62,376 bases of DNA. Origin: Candidatus Desantisbacteria bacterium CG1_02_49_89. Lineage in GTDB: Bacteria > Desantisbacteria > UBA1551. The DNA is taken from the NCBI GenBank assembly GCA_001871075.1, contig MNUP01000143.1, positions 1 through 62,376 of the forward strand. The letters are read 5' to 3'. This document shows positions 16,797-26,620 of the stretch, piece after piece. Under the pieces are notes generated by a model. It saw only the letters and a program-made list of their open reading frames with translations. It was not told where the DNA came from and searched no databases. Both the position numbers and the translations under genes were made by a program. Position 1 is the first letter of the stretch; the number at the start of each line of letters is the position of its first letter.

Positions 16797-16905
16797 AATT
16801 ATGAATCAGGGCTAAAGCCCTGAGTTATCCGCCCCGATGTCCATCGGGGCGAGACCTCGCCCCGAAGGGGCGGGCAATAGAAATCCTTGTTGTTGATTCA
16901 TAATT
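16797..16905 (-). mobile_element. ATTATGA-arm MITE-like element forming the 3' end of nnr
   Basis: An 11-bp perfect inverted repeat, aattatgaatc (16797..16807) and gattcataatt (16895..16905), encloses the 22-nt hairpin (16807..16828) and a GC palindrome also seen at 7490..7540. Confidence 0.65.
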
Positions 16906-18428
16906 GATTTAATGGCGTAAGGCACTTTTTCGGCGATATCGGAGGCGATAACGCCTATTTCGCCTTTTTCTTCAGCCGCAAGGTCTCCGGCAAGGCCGTG
17001 GATATACACGCTGGTTTTAGCTGATCCAAGCGCGCTTATTTTCTGCCCCAGCAAAGCGGCCATGATACCGGCCAGCACGTCCCCGCTGCCCCCGGTCGCC
17101 ATACCCGGATTACCTGTAAGGTTAATCCACACGTTTCCTTCCGGGCACGCGATCACTGTCCTCGCGCCCTTCAGGACCGTGACAACCCCGTATTCAGCGG
17201 AAAAATCCTTTGCTGCCTCGATCCTGCGGGACTGGATCTCCCCGATCGTTTTTCCTGTCAGGAACGCCATCTCCCCGGGGTGCGGGGTGATTATCGTCGT
17301 AGATGCTTTTCTTTTTTTGAGTATTTCCGCGTTCCCCTTCAGCGCGAATATCGCATCAGCATCTATGACCATCGGTTTCCCGATGCCTTCTATTATCTCT
17401 ACTGCCAGCCTGCAGGTTTTGCCGGCCCTGGAAAGCCCGGGCCCTACGGCAACAGCGTCAGTTTCTTCCGAGAACCTGAGTATTTCTCCGAAAGCTTCTT
17501 CGCCAAGCGACCGGTTCTCGGTCTCCGGCAGGGGTTTCGTCATTGCCTCTGTCAGTTTTATTTCAAGTATGTTATTAAGGCTTGCGGGCACACCCGCTGT
17601 TACAAGCCCCGCGCCGCTCCGCAGCGCTCCCAGGCATGCCAGCGTTGTCGCGCCCGTCATCCCGGCTGAACCTGAAATTATGAAAACGCGCCCGTACGTG
17701 CCTTTGTGCGTGTCCTGTTTCCTTGGTTCCAAAACTGAAGCCGCGTCTTCCCGGGTTATCATATTCAACCAGGATGTACCAACCAGGCCCCGCGGTATAC
17801 CGATATCAAGCACCTTTATTTTTCCCGCGTATTCCGCTCCCGGAAAAAGCATCAGGCCTTTTTTCGGCAGTCCCAGGGTAAAAGTGTGATCCGCCGCGAC
17901 GCAGGCGCCGTTCACTTCTCCGTTATCCGCGTTAAGGCCGGACGGGACGTCAATGGAGATCTTCAGGGAATCAGTGCTGTTCAGTAAACTTATTGCTTCC
18001 GCTTCTATTCCTTTTATCTCTCCCCTGAAACCGGTCCCGAACAGCGCGTCGATAACCGCGCCGCAATCCCGCAGGTCCCGCGCTAATCCACCGGTTGCCT
18101 TCACGCTATGGACGTTGCCGCCGGACTTCCTGAGCAGGCCAAGGTTCTTCTTCGCGAGGGGTGAGAGATCTTTTACGTCATTAAAAATAAACACTTCAGG
18201 GCTGGTCCCTCTTTCCCCGAGGTGCCTTGCCGCCACAAAACCGTCTCCGCCGTTGTTGCCCTTTCCGCACAGGACGCATATTTTCTTCCTTTTAAAGCCG
18301 GGCAGCAGCTTTATGGCCTCGAGCGCCGCGTTCCTGCCGGCGTTTTCCATCATCTGGGCGCGGCTCACCCCGTGCTTTTCAGCCGCTTCCTCGATCCCGG
18401 CCATTTCTTTTGCGGTTACTACTCTCAT
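16812..18428 (-). CDS. nnr: Bifunctional NAD(P)H-hydrate repair enzyme (epimerase + ADP-dependent dehydratase)
   Basis: YjeF_N motif GKGNNGGDG and dehydratase motif GGSGDVLAGI. The last ~30 codons (QQQGFLLPAPSGRGLAPMDIGADNSGL) are encoded by repeat DNA. Confidence 0.85.
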   Translation of the reverse strand: MRVVTAKEMAGIEEAAEKHGVSRAQMMENAGRNAALEAIKLLPGFKRKKICVLCGKGNNGGDGFVAARHLGERGTSPEVFIFNDVKDLSPLAKKNLGLLRKSGGNVHSVKATGGLARDLRDCGAVIDALFGTGFRGEIKGIEAEAISLLNSTDSLKISIDVPSGLNADNGEVNGACVAADHTFTLGLPKKGLMLFPGAEYAGKIKVLDIGIPRGLVGTSWLNMITREDAASVLEPRKQDTHKGTYGRVFIISGSAGMTGATTLACLGALRSGAGLVTAGVPASLNNILEIKLTEAMTKPLPETENRSLGEEAFGEILRFSEETDAVAVGPGLSRAGKTCRLAVEIIEGIGKPMVIDADAIFALKGNAEILKKRKASTTIITPHPGEMAFLTGKTIGEIQSRRIEAAKDFSAEYGVVTVLKGARTVIACPEGNVWINLTGNPGMATGGSGDVLAGIMAALLGQKISALGSAKTSVYIHGLAGDLAAEEKGEIGVIASDIAEKVPYAIKSIMNQQQGFLLPAPSGRGLAPMDIGADNSGL

Positions 18429-18512
18429 TTCTTTTCCTTAAAAAAGATACTGGATCCTGGATACTGGATGTCCCAAAGGTCCCAAGGGGATCCCTTTGGA
18501 AGATCCCTTCGG

Positions 18513-18641
18513 GAAATGATGAAATTCGAAAACATTCTGTAAAACTGCACAAGAATGTTGCCCGAAGGGCAAAGTTATGAGTCAGGGCTAAAGCCCTGAG
18601 TTACGATTTAAAGCCTTGTTATTAATTCATAACTCATAATT
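18513..18641 (-). mobile_element. ~129-bp composite intergenic module (copy of 54743..54869, same orientation relative to transcription)
   Basis: The reverse complement aligns with 54743..54869 apart from a few mismatches and one hairpin loop (cttgtgcagttttacag vs ctcgtgtggcttgctg). It starts at the acpS stop codon. Confidence 0.8.
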
Positions 18642-19014
18642 ATTTTTTAAAAATAATTGCATTGGCGACCGCGTAATCCTTGCAGTGCGATATGCTGACC
18701 AGCACCTTCCTGCCTCTCAATCTTTTCTTTTGCCTTTCGCCCACCCTGACTTCAGCCACGCCGTCGCCGTTATTTATTATTTCAAAATCGGTCCACTTCA
18801 ATCCCTTGCGCCAGAAACCTGTTTTAAGCGCTTTGGCTATCGCCTCTTTCGCGGCGAATCTTCCGGCGAAATGCAGGAGCGGGAACCTTTTAGATCCGCA
18901 GTATTTCTTTTCATTCCCGGTAAAAACCTTCTTAAGGAAGCCATCTCCCCATTTCCTGAGCGCCGCCCTGATCTTTTTTACCTCAACGATGTCTATTCCG
19001 ATCCCTTCGATCAT
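18640..19014 (-). CDS. acpS: Holo-[acyl-carrier-protein] synthase
   Basis: MIEGIGIDIVEV N-terminus. 124-aa 4'-phosphopantetheinyl transferase. Confidence 0.85.
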   Translation of the reverse strand: MIEGIGIDIVEVKKIRAALRKWGDGFLKKVFTGNEKKYCGSKRFPLLHFAGRFAAKEAIAKALKTGFWRKGLKWTDFEIINNGDGVAEVRVGERQKKRLRGRKVLVSISHCKDYAVANAIIFKK

Positions 19015-19056
19015 TTCCTCTTCTTTGCCGCGAAGGCGCTAAATTACAAAAATATT

Positions 19057-19998
19057 TTATCCTTTATTGTTCGCGCTGTATTGCTCGTATGCCCGTACGA
19101 TCTTCTGGACGAGTTCGTGGCGGACAACGTCCTCCTGGGTGAGGTACGCGAAGGATATGCCTTTAATGCCTTTCAGGACTCCCTGGATCTGCACCAGCCC
19201 CGATTCCTTGTCATCCTCAAGGTCCACCTGCGTTATGTCCCCGGTGATAACCGCCCTGGAACCGAAACCCAGCCTTGTCAGGAACATCTTCATCTGTTCC
19301 CGCGTCGTGTTCTGCGCCTCGTCAAGAATTATGAAAGAATCGTTCAGGGTCCTGCCGCGCATGAAAGCCAGCGGAGCTATTTCAATTATGCCCTTTTCTA
19401 TGAAGTTTGTAAGCTTCTCCACTTCCATCATTTCATACAGCGCGTCATAAAGAGGCCTGAAATACGGGTCCACCTTCGCGTTGATGTCTCCGGGGAGGAA
19501 TCCGAGTTTTTCTCCTGCTTCAACAACAGGGCGCGTAAGTATGATCCTCCCTATCTCCCTGCCGAGAAGGGATTTGACAGCCATTGCCATGGCAAGGTAC
19601 GTCTTGCCGGTTCCCGCGGGCCCTATGCTGAAAATAAGGTCGTTTTCCTGGATCGATTGCAGGTATTTCTGCTGGCCGGCGGTTTTGGGGTGTATAACCT
19701 TTTTCTGCGTGGGTATTTCGTATTCCGCCGCGCGTTTTAGCGCAGGGCCCGGCATGGTGTTGGACCTTACCGTGTTCCCTACGTCCCTTTCCTCCACTTC
19801 CCTGCCGCTTTTCGCTATGTCAATGAGCTGGAGCACTATCCGCGACGCGTTTTCAACATCATCCTTCTCGCCTCTGATTATTAGTTCATTTCCGCGGGGT
19901 ATCAGTTTCACGGAAGTAAGCTGCTGGTTAAGCATCCTTACGTTGCGGTCGTTCTGCCCGAAGAGCTTCAGGCTTTCATCAACACTCCCTATTACCAT
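19057..19998 (-). CDS. phoH: PhoH family ATPase (YbeZ-like)
   Basis: Walker A GPAGTGKTYLAMA and PhoH-like length. The start is uncertain (ATG 19998 vs TTG 20010). Confidence 0.8.
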   Translation of the reverse strand: MVIGSVDESLKLFGQNDRNVRMLNQQLTSVKLIPRGNELIIRGEKDDVENASRIVLQLIDIAKSGREVEERDVGNTVRSNTMPGPALKRAAEYEIPTQKKVIHPKTAGQQKYLQSIQENDLIFSIGPAGTGKTYLAMAMAVKSLLGREIGRIILTRPVVEAGEKLGFLPGDINAKVDPYFRPLYDALYEMMEVEKLTNFIEKGIIEIAPLAFMRGRTLNDSFIILDEAQNTTREQMKMFLTRLGFGSRAVITGDITQVDLEDDKESGLVQIQGVLKGIKGISFAYLTQEDVVRHELVQKIVRAYEQYSANNKG

Positions 19999-20101
19999 CC
20001 TGTTTTCCAAACCGCCCCCCGTCCCTTCCTTGCTTCAGTATCAAGTATCAAGTATCAGGTATCAAGTTTAATACTAAAATTCAAATCTTCAGACGGGACA
20101 C

Positions 20102-20572
20102 TTATTTTAATTTGACTGCGGCGACCGCGATGCATGCTATCGCCCTGCCCCTGCCTATTGACCCCAGCTTTTTCGCGGTAGTTGACTTTACGCTGACTGC
20201 CGATATTTTGATGCCAAGCACCCCTGAAATATTTTTTCTCATCTGCGCCAGGAAAGGCGACAGCCTGGGAGATTCAGCGATAACCGTCGCGTCAATATTG
20301 CCTGCCCTGTATTTTTTCCGCGAAAGCATCTTCCTGACTTTTCCCAGCAGGACCAGGCTTGATATGCCCTTATACTCCCTGGTGGAGGGAAAATGACGGC
20401 CTATGTCCCCGAGAGCGCATGCCCCCAGCAGCGCATCGCACACCGAATGGACAAGCGCGTCACCGTCTGAATGGCCTTCCAGGCCGAGGCTGAAAGGCAC
20501 AGCCACGCCTCCGAGTATGAGCTTCCTGCCCCGCATAAGCGGGTGCATGTCAAAACCTATCCCGACCCTCAT
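20102..20572 (-). CDS. ispF: 2-C-methyl-D-erythritol 2,4-cyclodiphosphate synthase
   Basis: MRVGIGFDMHPL N-terminus and the HSDGDALVHS motif. Start set to the ATG at 20572 (GGAG SD). Confidence 0.85.
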   Translation of the reverse strand: MRVGIGFDMHPLMRGRKLILGGVAVPFSLGLEGHSDGDALVHSVCDALLGACALGDIGRHFPSTREYKGISSLVLLGKVRKMLSRKKYRAGNIDATVIAESPRLSPFLAQMRKNISGVLGIKISAVSVKSTTAKKLGSIGRGRAIACIAVAAVKLK

Positions 20573-20755
20573 TACGCTTCGCTCCATATTACGGATGCAT
20601 ACGGATGAGATGATCGGATGCAAACGAATATTATACAGAGTCAGAGAGTCATAGAGTCAGAGTAAATACTCTGTGCCTCCGTGTCTCCGTGGTAATTTTT
20701 AAAATCCGTATCAATCCGATCTTCCTTCGGTCTGTTTGAATCCGCTACCCGTATT

Positions 20756-21808
20756 TTAAATGCTTTGGCGCAGGCTGGACACGTTGCTCGCTTTTGCTAT
20801 AGCCACCGTATAACTTATCAGGCCTTCCTGGTAAAGGTTTTTAAGGGAATCGTCCATTGTCTGCATCCCGTATTTTCCCCCGGTCTGCATAGCGTTCATG
20901 AGCTGGTGGGTCTTGGCCTCTCTTATCAAAGTTCCCACCGCTGAATTGTTTATCAGTATCTCGCACGCTACAACCAGGCCCCTGCCGTCCTGCCTTGAAA
21001 GAAGCTGCTGGCTTACTATGCACTCCAGGGAACCCGCAAGCTGCGCGCGGACCTGCTGCTGCTGCTCCGCGGGGAAAACGTCTATTATGCGGTTCGCGCT
21101 CTGCGCCGCGTCAAGGGTATGCAGGGTGGCAAGCACGAGGTGCCCTGTTTCAGCCGCTGTAAGGGCGAGCGCTATGGTTTCCATGTCCCTCATTTCACCC
21201 ACGAGTATTACGTCCGGGTCCTGGCGCAGCGCGTATTTCAGGGCGTTCGCGAAAGAAAGCGTGTCTATACCCAACTCCCTTTGCGAAATTATGCTCAGTT
21301 TATCCTTGTGCACGTATTCGATGGGGTCCTCTATGGTGACAATATGGGCTTTACGCTCGCTGTTTATCAGGTCCAGCATAGCGGCAAGCGTGGTTGATTT
21401 TCCCATACCCGCGGGCCCGGTTACAAGCACAAACCCCTTCTGCTTCCTTGCGACGTCAAAAAGAACCTTGGGCAGCCCAAGTTTAGAAAGTTGCGGGACT
21501 TCCGAGGGAATGACCCTCAGCGCGACCGAAACGTAGCCCCTCTGCCAGAAAGCGTTGCCCCTGAACCTGTATTTGCCGTGCTCGTAAGAAAAATCCAGCT
21601 CCCTGTTCTCCTCAAGCTTTTTCTGCTGGTATTCCCTGATCATGCTGTAAACAAGGCCCTTCGCCTCCGGGCCGGACAGCGGCGGGTCATCCGTAGCAGT
21701 GAGCTCTTTCTGTATGCGCAGTATGGGCGGCTTCCCTACGGTAATATGGACATCCGTGGCATCCCTTCCGGTAGCTTCCTCCAGAATATCGTCTATCGTC
21801 TTCGTCAT
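20756..21808 (-). CDS. pilT: Type IV pilus retraction ATPase PilT
   Basis: 350-aa secretion ATPase with Walker A GPAGMGKSTTLAAM and Walker B ILVGEMRD. GGAGG SD. Confidence 0.85.
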   Translation of the reverse strand: MTKTIDDILEEATGRDATDVHITVGKPPILRIQKELTATDDPPLSGPEAKGLVYSMIREYQQKKLEENRELDFSYEHGKYRFRGNAFWQRGYVSVALRVIPSEVPQLSKLGLPKVLFDVARKQKGFVLVTGPAGMGKSTTLAAMLDLINSERKAHIVTIEDPIEYVHKDKLSIISQRELGIDTLSFANALKYALRQDPDVILVGEMRDMETIALALTAAETGHLVLATLHTLDAAQSANRIIDVFPAEQQQQVRAQLAGSLECIVSQQLLSRQDGRGLVVACEILINNSAVGTLIREAKTHQLMNAMQTGGKYGMQTMDDSLKNLYQEGLISYTVAIAKASNVSSLRQSI

Positions 21809-21971
21809 TCTTTACCTCCGTAAATACAGTCATTAGTCATTTGAAAAAGATAATTATGAATTATGAATTATGAATCAACAGCAAGGTTTTTATTTCAACT
21901 GTATTAATCCGTTGTATTAATCCGTGGGTATCCGTGGCTGAATGTAGTTCTCCGGGAACTCTGTGGTTTGG

Positions 21972-23072
21972 TCAGAAGATGGTTTCTTCGGTTTCCTTGT
22001 TAAAAACGTGGCATTTGTCCATGTTGAAAACGGCTTCAACTGCCTGGCTGACCTCAGTCTTGTCGTGGGACTGTGTCTTGATAATAAATGAATTCTTCCC
22101 CGTGTTGAGGTACATGCAGATCTCGGAACCCATCGGCTCAACGACTTCCGCAACGGCTTTCACTATATTGTCCGCGCTGCCGGAAAAATATATTTTATTG
22201 TAAATATCCTCCGGCCTTATCCCCAGGGTCACTGTCCTGCCGGCAAAAGCATTCATGGGCTGAGCCTTATCTTCCGGCACTTTTACTTTAAATGACCCTT
22301 CATCCAGCAGGATCCCGCTCCCCGGATCTTCGACCGCGCAGTCAAAAAAGTTCATGGGGGGCGTTCCTATGAATCCGGCCACGAATTTATTTTTCGGGCT
22401 GTCATAAAGCGTTATGGGGTCCGCTATCTGCTGGATCAGGCCGTCCTTCATCACGACTATCCTGTCACCCATGGTCATCGCCTCCACCTGGTCGTGGGTC
22501 ACGTATACCATCGTTGTCTGCAGCTTGTCGTGAAGCTTGCTCAGTTCCGCCCTCATCTGCACCCTCATCTTGGCGTCCAGGTTGGAAAGCGGTTCGTCGA
22601 ACAGGAACACCTTGGGTTTGCGCACTATACACCTTCCCACCGCAACCCTCTGCTTCTGCCCTCCGGAAAGCTCGCCCGGCTTCCTGTGTAAAAGCTCGCT
22701 GATGCCCAATATTGCTGCCGCTTCCTGGACCCTGGCGTCTATTTCTTCTTTTCTGTATTTGCGCAGGCGCAGGCCGAACGCCATATTCTCATAAACGTTC
22801 ATGTGGGGATAAAGGGCGTAGTTCTGGAAAACCATCGCTATGTCCCTGTCCTTAGCCGGTATGTCATTCACCAGGACATCCCCTATATAGACTTCGCCCG
22901 AGGTTATCTCTTCTAATCCTGCCACCATGCGGAGGGTCGTGCTCTTGCCGCAACCCGAAGGGCCGACAAGCACCATGAATTCCTTGTCCTCCACCCGGAA
23001 CGACACATCGTTGACCGCCTTCACGTCTTTGCCGAAAACTTTGGTTACGTTCCTGAAAATTACCCCGGCCAA
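21972..23072 (-). CDS. Sugar-type ABC transporter ATP-binding protein (MalK/UgpC/MsmK-like), orphan
   Basis: Walker A GPSGCGKST, signature LSGGQKQR, Walker B VFLFDEPLS and a MalK-type C-terminal domain. TTG start 6 nt after AGGAGG. No permease or binding-protein gene is adjacent. Confidence 0.85.
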   Translation of the reverse strand: MAGVIFRNVTKVFGKDVKAVNDVSFRVEDKEFMVLVGPSGCGKSTTLRMVAGLEEITSGEVYIGDVLVNDIPAKDRDIAMVFQNYALYPHMNVYENMAFGLRLRKYRKEEIDARVQEAAAILGISELLHRKPGELSGGQKQRVAVGRCIVRKPKVFLFDEPLSNLDAKMRVQMRAELSKLHDKLQTTMVYVTHDQVEAMTMGDRIVVMKDGLIQQIADPITLYDSPKNKFVAGFIGTPPMNFFDCAVEDPGSGILLDEGSFKVKVPEDKAQPMNAFAGRTVTLGIRPEDIYNKIYFSGSADNIVKAVAEVVEPMGSEICMYLNTGKNSFIIKTQSHDKTEVSQAVEAVFNMDKCHVFNKETEETIF

Positions 23073-23129
23073 CTTCTTCCTCCTGTAATCTATATAATAA
23101 ACTCTAATATATTTAGTGGTGAAATTTAT

Positions 23130-23158
23130 ATTATACCATAATAATTATTTTTTGTCAA
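23130..23158 (-). promoter_or_regulatory. Consensus sigma70 promoter of the ABC ATPase gene
   Basis: On the minus strand: TTGACA (23158..23153), 17-nt spacer, TATAAT (23135..23130). Confidence 0.6.
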
Positions 23159-23161
23159 GTA

Positions 23162-24064
23162 TTATTTGCACGCATGCGCACGCAGCAGGTACATAAAATA
23201 TTCGTCCAGATACCTTCGGCCTGAAAATTCAAATTTAATGGCGCTCCTGAGTTTTTCATTGCTTATTATAAAAGGTTTTATCCCCGCGCCGAAATCCGAG
23301 ATCTTACACTTTAAATTACCCAGTTCAGCTATGCGCCTCGCCCCCTCCACTGTCTCAAGGTAGAAATCCACAAGGTTGTAGGTCTCCCCGCCAGTGTTTT
23401 CCTTTCCCAGGGAGAGCGAAACCGCATCCGCAACGTCGTTCGCGCTTACCACCATTATGCCGGCGCCGCGCGGCAGCCTCAACTCCCCTCCTGCGCGTTG
23501 CGCACGCAGCGCTTCTATGATCTCGGGCCAGGTATGGTGTTTTTTACGGATCTCTCCGAACACAGCGGCCAGCCTGAATACGGAAGTGTTCATGCCATAA
23601 CGCAGGTGGTAATACCGGCAATACTCTTCTACCGCGGCCTTATAAACTCCCGCCTGTTCCCTTGGGAACAAAGGATGTTTCTCGTCAACGGGTATATACA
23701 GCGGCTTCTCCAGCCCGTACACGAGGATCGAGCTTATGAAAATGAACTGCTTTACTCCGGCAGAGCGTGATCTCTCAAGCAGGAGGAAGCTGCCCAGCGT
23801 ATTCGACCTGAAAAAAAGCTCCTCCTCCGCCTCGGAAGGAAGGCCCCCGCAATGGACCACCGCCTCCATTCCCCGGACGCATTCCGAAAGGGACGTTCCG
23901 CCATCCAGCAGGTCTGACCTGAAAGGCTCAGCGCCAGCTTTGGCCGCCTTCTCCGCGTCCGCGTCCGAACGGACCATCGCCCTCACAGAGTGCCCGCAGG
24001 CAGTAAGTTTCCTCAGCAGGTACCCGCCTACAAATCCGGTAGCGCCGGTAAGCAGGATCTTCAT
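23162..24064 (-). CDS. NAD-dependent epimerase/dehydratase family protein
   Basis: MKILLTGATGFVGGYL Rossmann motif. 300-aa extended SDR. Confidence 0.8.
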   Translation of the reverse strand: MKILLTGATGFVGGYLLRKLTACGHSVRAMVRSDADAEKAAKAGAEPFRSDLLDGGTSLSECVRGMEAVVHCGGLPSEAEEELFFRSNTLGSFLLLERSRSAGVKQFIFISSILVYGLEKPLYIPVDEKHPLFPREQAGVYKAAVEEYCRYYHLRYGMNTSVFRLAAVFGEIRKKHHTWPEIIEALRAQRAGGELRLPRGAGIMVVSANDVADAVSLSLGKENTGGETYNLVDFYLETVEGARRIAELGNLKCKISDFGAGIKPFIISNEKLRSAIKFEFSGRRYLDEYFMYLLRAHACK

Positions 24065-24252
24065 TTTGTCTTTTTAGTGCCCTCCATTTCTACTAGTTTT
24101 GCCCCTCACCCCATCCTCCGAAGGAGTCCGCATGACTCTTCGGAGAGTCCTTCGGACCTCTCCCTCCCTCCACCAAGATCGGCAGCTTGCCCGCCAGTCA
24201 TTTTGGCGGGGGTCTTCGACAAGGGGCGAGGGTAATTTTTTTGATTTTATTC

Positions 24253-26607
24253 TTAAGGGATCCTTGAAAGAAGGCTGCGCGCGTAACCTGCCTGGGGAGA
24301 ATTGGCAGGGGCGATCTCCAGCGTTTTCTGGAATTGCGCCTTCGCTTCAGGGTACATCCTGGCAACGTAATAAACGCTTCCCAGATTGTTATAGGCATCG
24401 ACATATCCCGGGTTTGACGCGATAGCCTTTTTATAGGTCTCTATGGCTTTAGGGAACATGCGCTTCTGGTAATACGCGTTCGCAAGGTTGTTAAAGGCGT
24501 CCACGTTGTTGCTGTCAACCTCCAGCGCCCTGAAATAGATCTCAATGGCCCTGTCATACATGCCTTTCGCGTAATACGCGTTCCCCAGGTTTATCAGGGA
24601 CTGGATCGTCTTAGGGTTTATCTTAAGCGCCTCCTCGTATTCCTGTATCGCCTTATCCACCATTCCCCGCTCCTTATAAAGCAGGCCCAGCTGGTTATGG
24701 AAAAGCTCGGCTTCAGAATAAGAACTGAGCGCGATCGCCTTTTTCAGCCTTTCTTCTGATCTCTCTATGAACTTGTTGTCGTAAGCCATCCCGTAGAACA
24801 GGTATGACTGCCCGGAATTGTAATAATATCCCGCGTAATAAGGGCATAAAGCAAGCGCCTTGTCAAAGTTATCCACTGCCGCCTGCATATATTCCTTTTT
24901 TTCCTGCTCGGTTATCCAGAGCTCCCTGCCCAGATTGCCGCAGAAAGTGCCGACCTTTGTGTAATAGATATCGTTCAATTTTTCTTTCTGTATCGCTTTC
25001 CTGTATTCTTTAATTGCCGCGCTTACGTAAATCCTTTTCTGATTTACGTCCTGCGTTCTTTCATAGGACCGCTCCAGCCTTACCCCCCTGTTGTAGTGGA
25101 TATTCCCCAGGAAAGGATCAAGCGTAAAAACCGTCATAAAAGGTATCAGCACCGCCGCGCCGACCGCAGGTGCCGCGACTTTTAACCATCCCTTCGGGAG
25201 TCTGAGAATTACTGTATCCTCTGCGCCCTGCGCCTGACGAGCGGCCTTATCCTGTCCGGGGTCCTTGCCCGGGTCCTGAAGCGCCTGGGCGCGCAGCCTT
25301 TGCGGCATGACCGCTATTATAGCCGGCATCAGCCAGAACGCGAGCGTTGTTTCCGGGCGGTAAAACGGAAAATCAAAGACCATCTGCACCAGTATCCCGC
25401 CCAGCGAACACATCGCCCCTGTTGCCAGCCACTTCCAGAACGTGTCTTTCGATGCCTTCAGGATACGGATCCCTTCCGCGAAAAAGACGAACAGCATCCA
25501 CGCGAAAGCAGCCAGGCCTACCAGCCCGGTCTCAGAACCTATCTGCAGAAAATCGTTATGCGCGTAACGGGGTGTTTCCACGAAAGTGAAAACTTCCTTC
25601 ATCTCGGGGACCCTGTATCCCGGGTAAACGTTATAAAAAGTGCCTGTCCCCGTCCCGGTCAGCGGGTGGTCCTTAAGGATATTGGCTGTTGATTTATAGC
25701 ACAGGAGCCTGAACCGGATATTCGTGCTTTTAAGATTGGCGCTCTCCCTTATGCGGCTCATTGTTGTTCCTGTCACAAAAGAAAGGGCTATCATAATGAC
25801 TACCGCGGCAGCTGATATGGAAATGATCCAGGTCTTTACCGTTTTCTTCAGCTCGCCTGATATGAGAATAAAGAACATGAAGAGCAGGAGCGAAAACACA
25901 AAACCCAGGAATCCGGCCCTGGACTGCGTCATGAACAGGAACGCTACACCCATAACAACCAGTATCCCAAGCACAGACCTCCACTCCCTCCTCGCGACAG
26001 ATATGAACACGAGTATGACGGGTATCAAAGCCACAAGGTATCCGGCGTAGAAATCAGGGTTGCCCAGAGTTGAATCCACTCCTGTCCTTCCGCCTGCCGG
26101 GGCAAGCATGTCTATCTGGAACCTCTGAAGCAGGCCGTAGAAATTTACGGCGCTGAAAGCCACGGACAAAATTATAAGCGCAAGCGTCATTTCCTTCTTT
26201 GTTCTCACAAAATTGGCGAACAGGAAGAAAAACAGCACGTAGAAGAAGATCCTGTACAGATCAGCAAGTGAAATCAGCCTGTCCATGCTGGCTATCACCG
26301 AAACAGCGCCTGCCGCAAGAACTGCCAGCACCGGAAGGTTCAGCGGTGTTTTCGACCACCTGAATTCTCCTGTTACAATTGACTTTATTATTAATATAGC
26401 AAGTGCAATGATAAGAGGCATTTGTGTGAAGAATATCTTAATAGGAAAAAACAGCTCGTGCCCTCCCCTGAACCACGGCGAGAACACGGCCGGGACAGCG
26501 GCAAGAACAGTAAAAAGGCAAGCTCGGATCGCGCTGTCAAACGCCGCGCCCGGCTGTTCCGCTTTTTGCCGCTGCAATTGTTTTTTAGGCTGGTTTTTCG
26601 CCTGCAT
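24253..26607 (-). CDS. O-antigen ligase (Wzy_C)-like polytopic membrane protein with C-terminal TPR repeats
   Basis: About 10 hydrophobic segments followed by multiple 34-aa TPR repeats (AxxNLGxxYxxxGxxxxAIxxYxxAL). Start moved to ATG 26607 (AGGAG SD). The first 30 ORF codons are word-array DNA. Confidence 0.75.
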   Translation of the reverse strand: MQAKNQPKKQLQRQKAEQPGAAFDSAIRACLFTVLAAVPAVFSPWFRGGHELFFPIKIFFTQMPLIIALAILIIKSIVTGEFRWSKTPLNLPVLAVLAAGAVSVIASMDRLISLADLYRIFFYVLFFFLFANFVRTKKEMTLALIILSVAFSAVNFYGLLQRFQIDMLAPAGGRTGVDSTLGNPDFYAGYLVALIPVILVFISVARREWRSVLGILVVMGVAFLFMTQSRAGFLGFVFSLLLFMFFILISGELKKTVKTWIISISAAAVVIMIALSFVTGTTMSRIRESANLKSTNIRFRLLCYKSTANILKDHPLTGTGTGTFYNVYPGYRVPEMKEVFTFVETPRYAHNDFLQIGSETGLVGLAAFAWMLFVFFAEGIRILKASKDTFWKWLATGAMCSLGGILVQMVFDFPFYRPETTLAFWLMPAIIAVMPQRLRAQALQDPGKDPGQDKAARQAQGAEDTVILRLPKGWLKVAAPAVGAAVLIPFMTVFTLDPFLGNIHYNRGVRLERSYERTQDVNQKRIYVSAAIKEYRKAIQKEKLNDIYYTKVGTFCGNLGRELWITEQEKKEYMQAAVDNFDKALALCPYYAGYYYNSGQSYLFYGMAYDNKFIERSEERLKKAIALSSYSEAELFHNQLGLLYKERGMVDKAIQEYEEALKINPKTIQSLINLGNAYYAKGMYDRAIEIYFRALEVDSNNVDAFNNLANAYYQKRMFPKAIETYKKAIASNPGYVDAYNNLGSVYYVARMYPEAKAQFQKTLEIAPANSPQAGYARSLLSRIP

Positions 26608-26620
26608 TGCTTCTCCTGAT

